A stretch of DNA of 63,387 nt, counting the filler, from Octopus bimaculoides (taxonomy: Eukaryota), in assembly GCF_001194135.2 (NCBI RefSeq). It is 8 parts of 7 records of this genome, joined end to end, with 100 filler letters (N's around TTAATTAATTAA, not from the genome) between each part and the next. Parts side by side here need not be neighbours in the genome. Positions count along the whole stretch, not along the records: positions 61,620 to 63,387 come from NC_068985.1; 7 more parts are not named here. The stretch is one strand, 5' to 3'. Shown in pieces: positions 63,354-63,387 of the stretch (position 1 is the stretch's first letter; each line of letters begins with the position of its first letter). The notes beneath the pieces were generated by a model. It saw nothing but the letters and a program-made list of their open reading frames with translations, did not search any database and was not told the origin of the DNA. The position numbers were made by a program, and so were the translations under genes.

Positions 63354-63387
<34 letters not shown>

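Overview
AT-rich, microsatellite-saturated eukaryotic DNA, about 8 kb (~13%) of it N gaps. From recalled repeat types (tRNA-derived SINEs, RTE LINE with (GAT)n tail) it is most likely a coleoid cephalopod, probably Octopus; this is inference, not a database result. Seven identical 100-bp spacers (44 N + TTAATTAATTAA + 44 N) are assembly linkers, so the window is eight joined pieces whose adjacency is unproven. No complete host gene, rRNA, true tRNA or CRISPR array is supported. Recognisable protein-coding sequence is almost all decayed transposon: a Ty3/Gypsy integrase with a 3' LTR; RTE, CR1 and R4/Dong-type LINE fragments; four Penelope-like (PLE) remnants; a full-length mariner, two partial mariners and a mariner fold-back MITE; Tc1, MULE, Tigger/pogo and Helitron fragments; and about 35 copies of four SINE-like families. 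I did not find a well-supported new biological system. Best leads: (1) several hammerhead-ribozyme-like motifs with self-complementary stem III, the best near 30.8 kb; (2) a candidate minus-strand gene start at 35.5 kb (CCAAT + GTCACGTGAC, ATG, strong donor) with candidate downstream exons, including a low-complexity Ser-Pro4-type exon; (3) an in-frame MULE/Tc1 transposase chimera; (4) an internally inverted PLE with twin-priming geometry; (5) five fold-back hairpins that could form dsRNA; (6) a STAT-motif-rich minisatellite beside a Helitron helicase.
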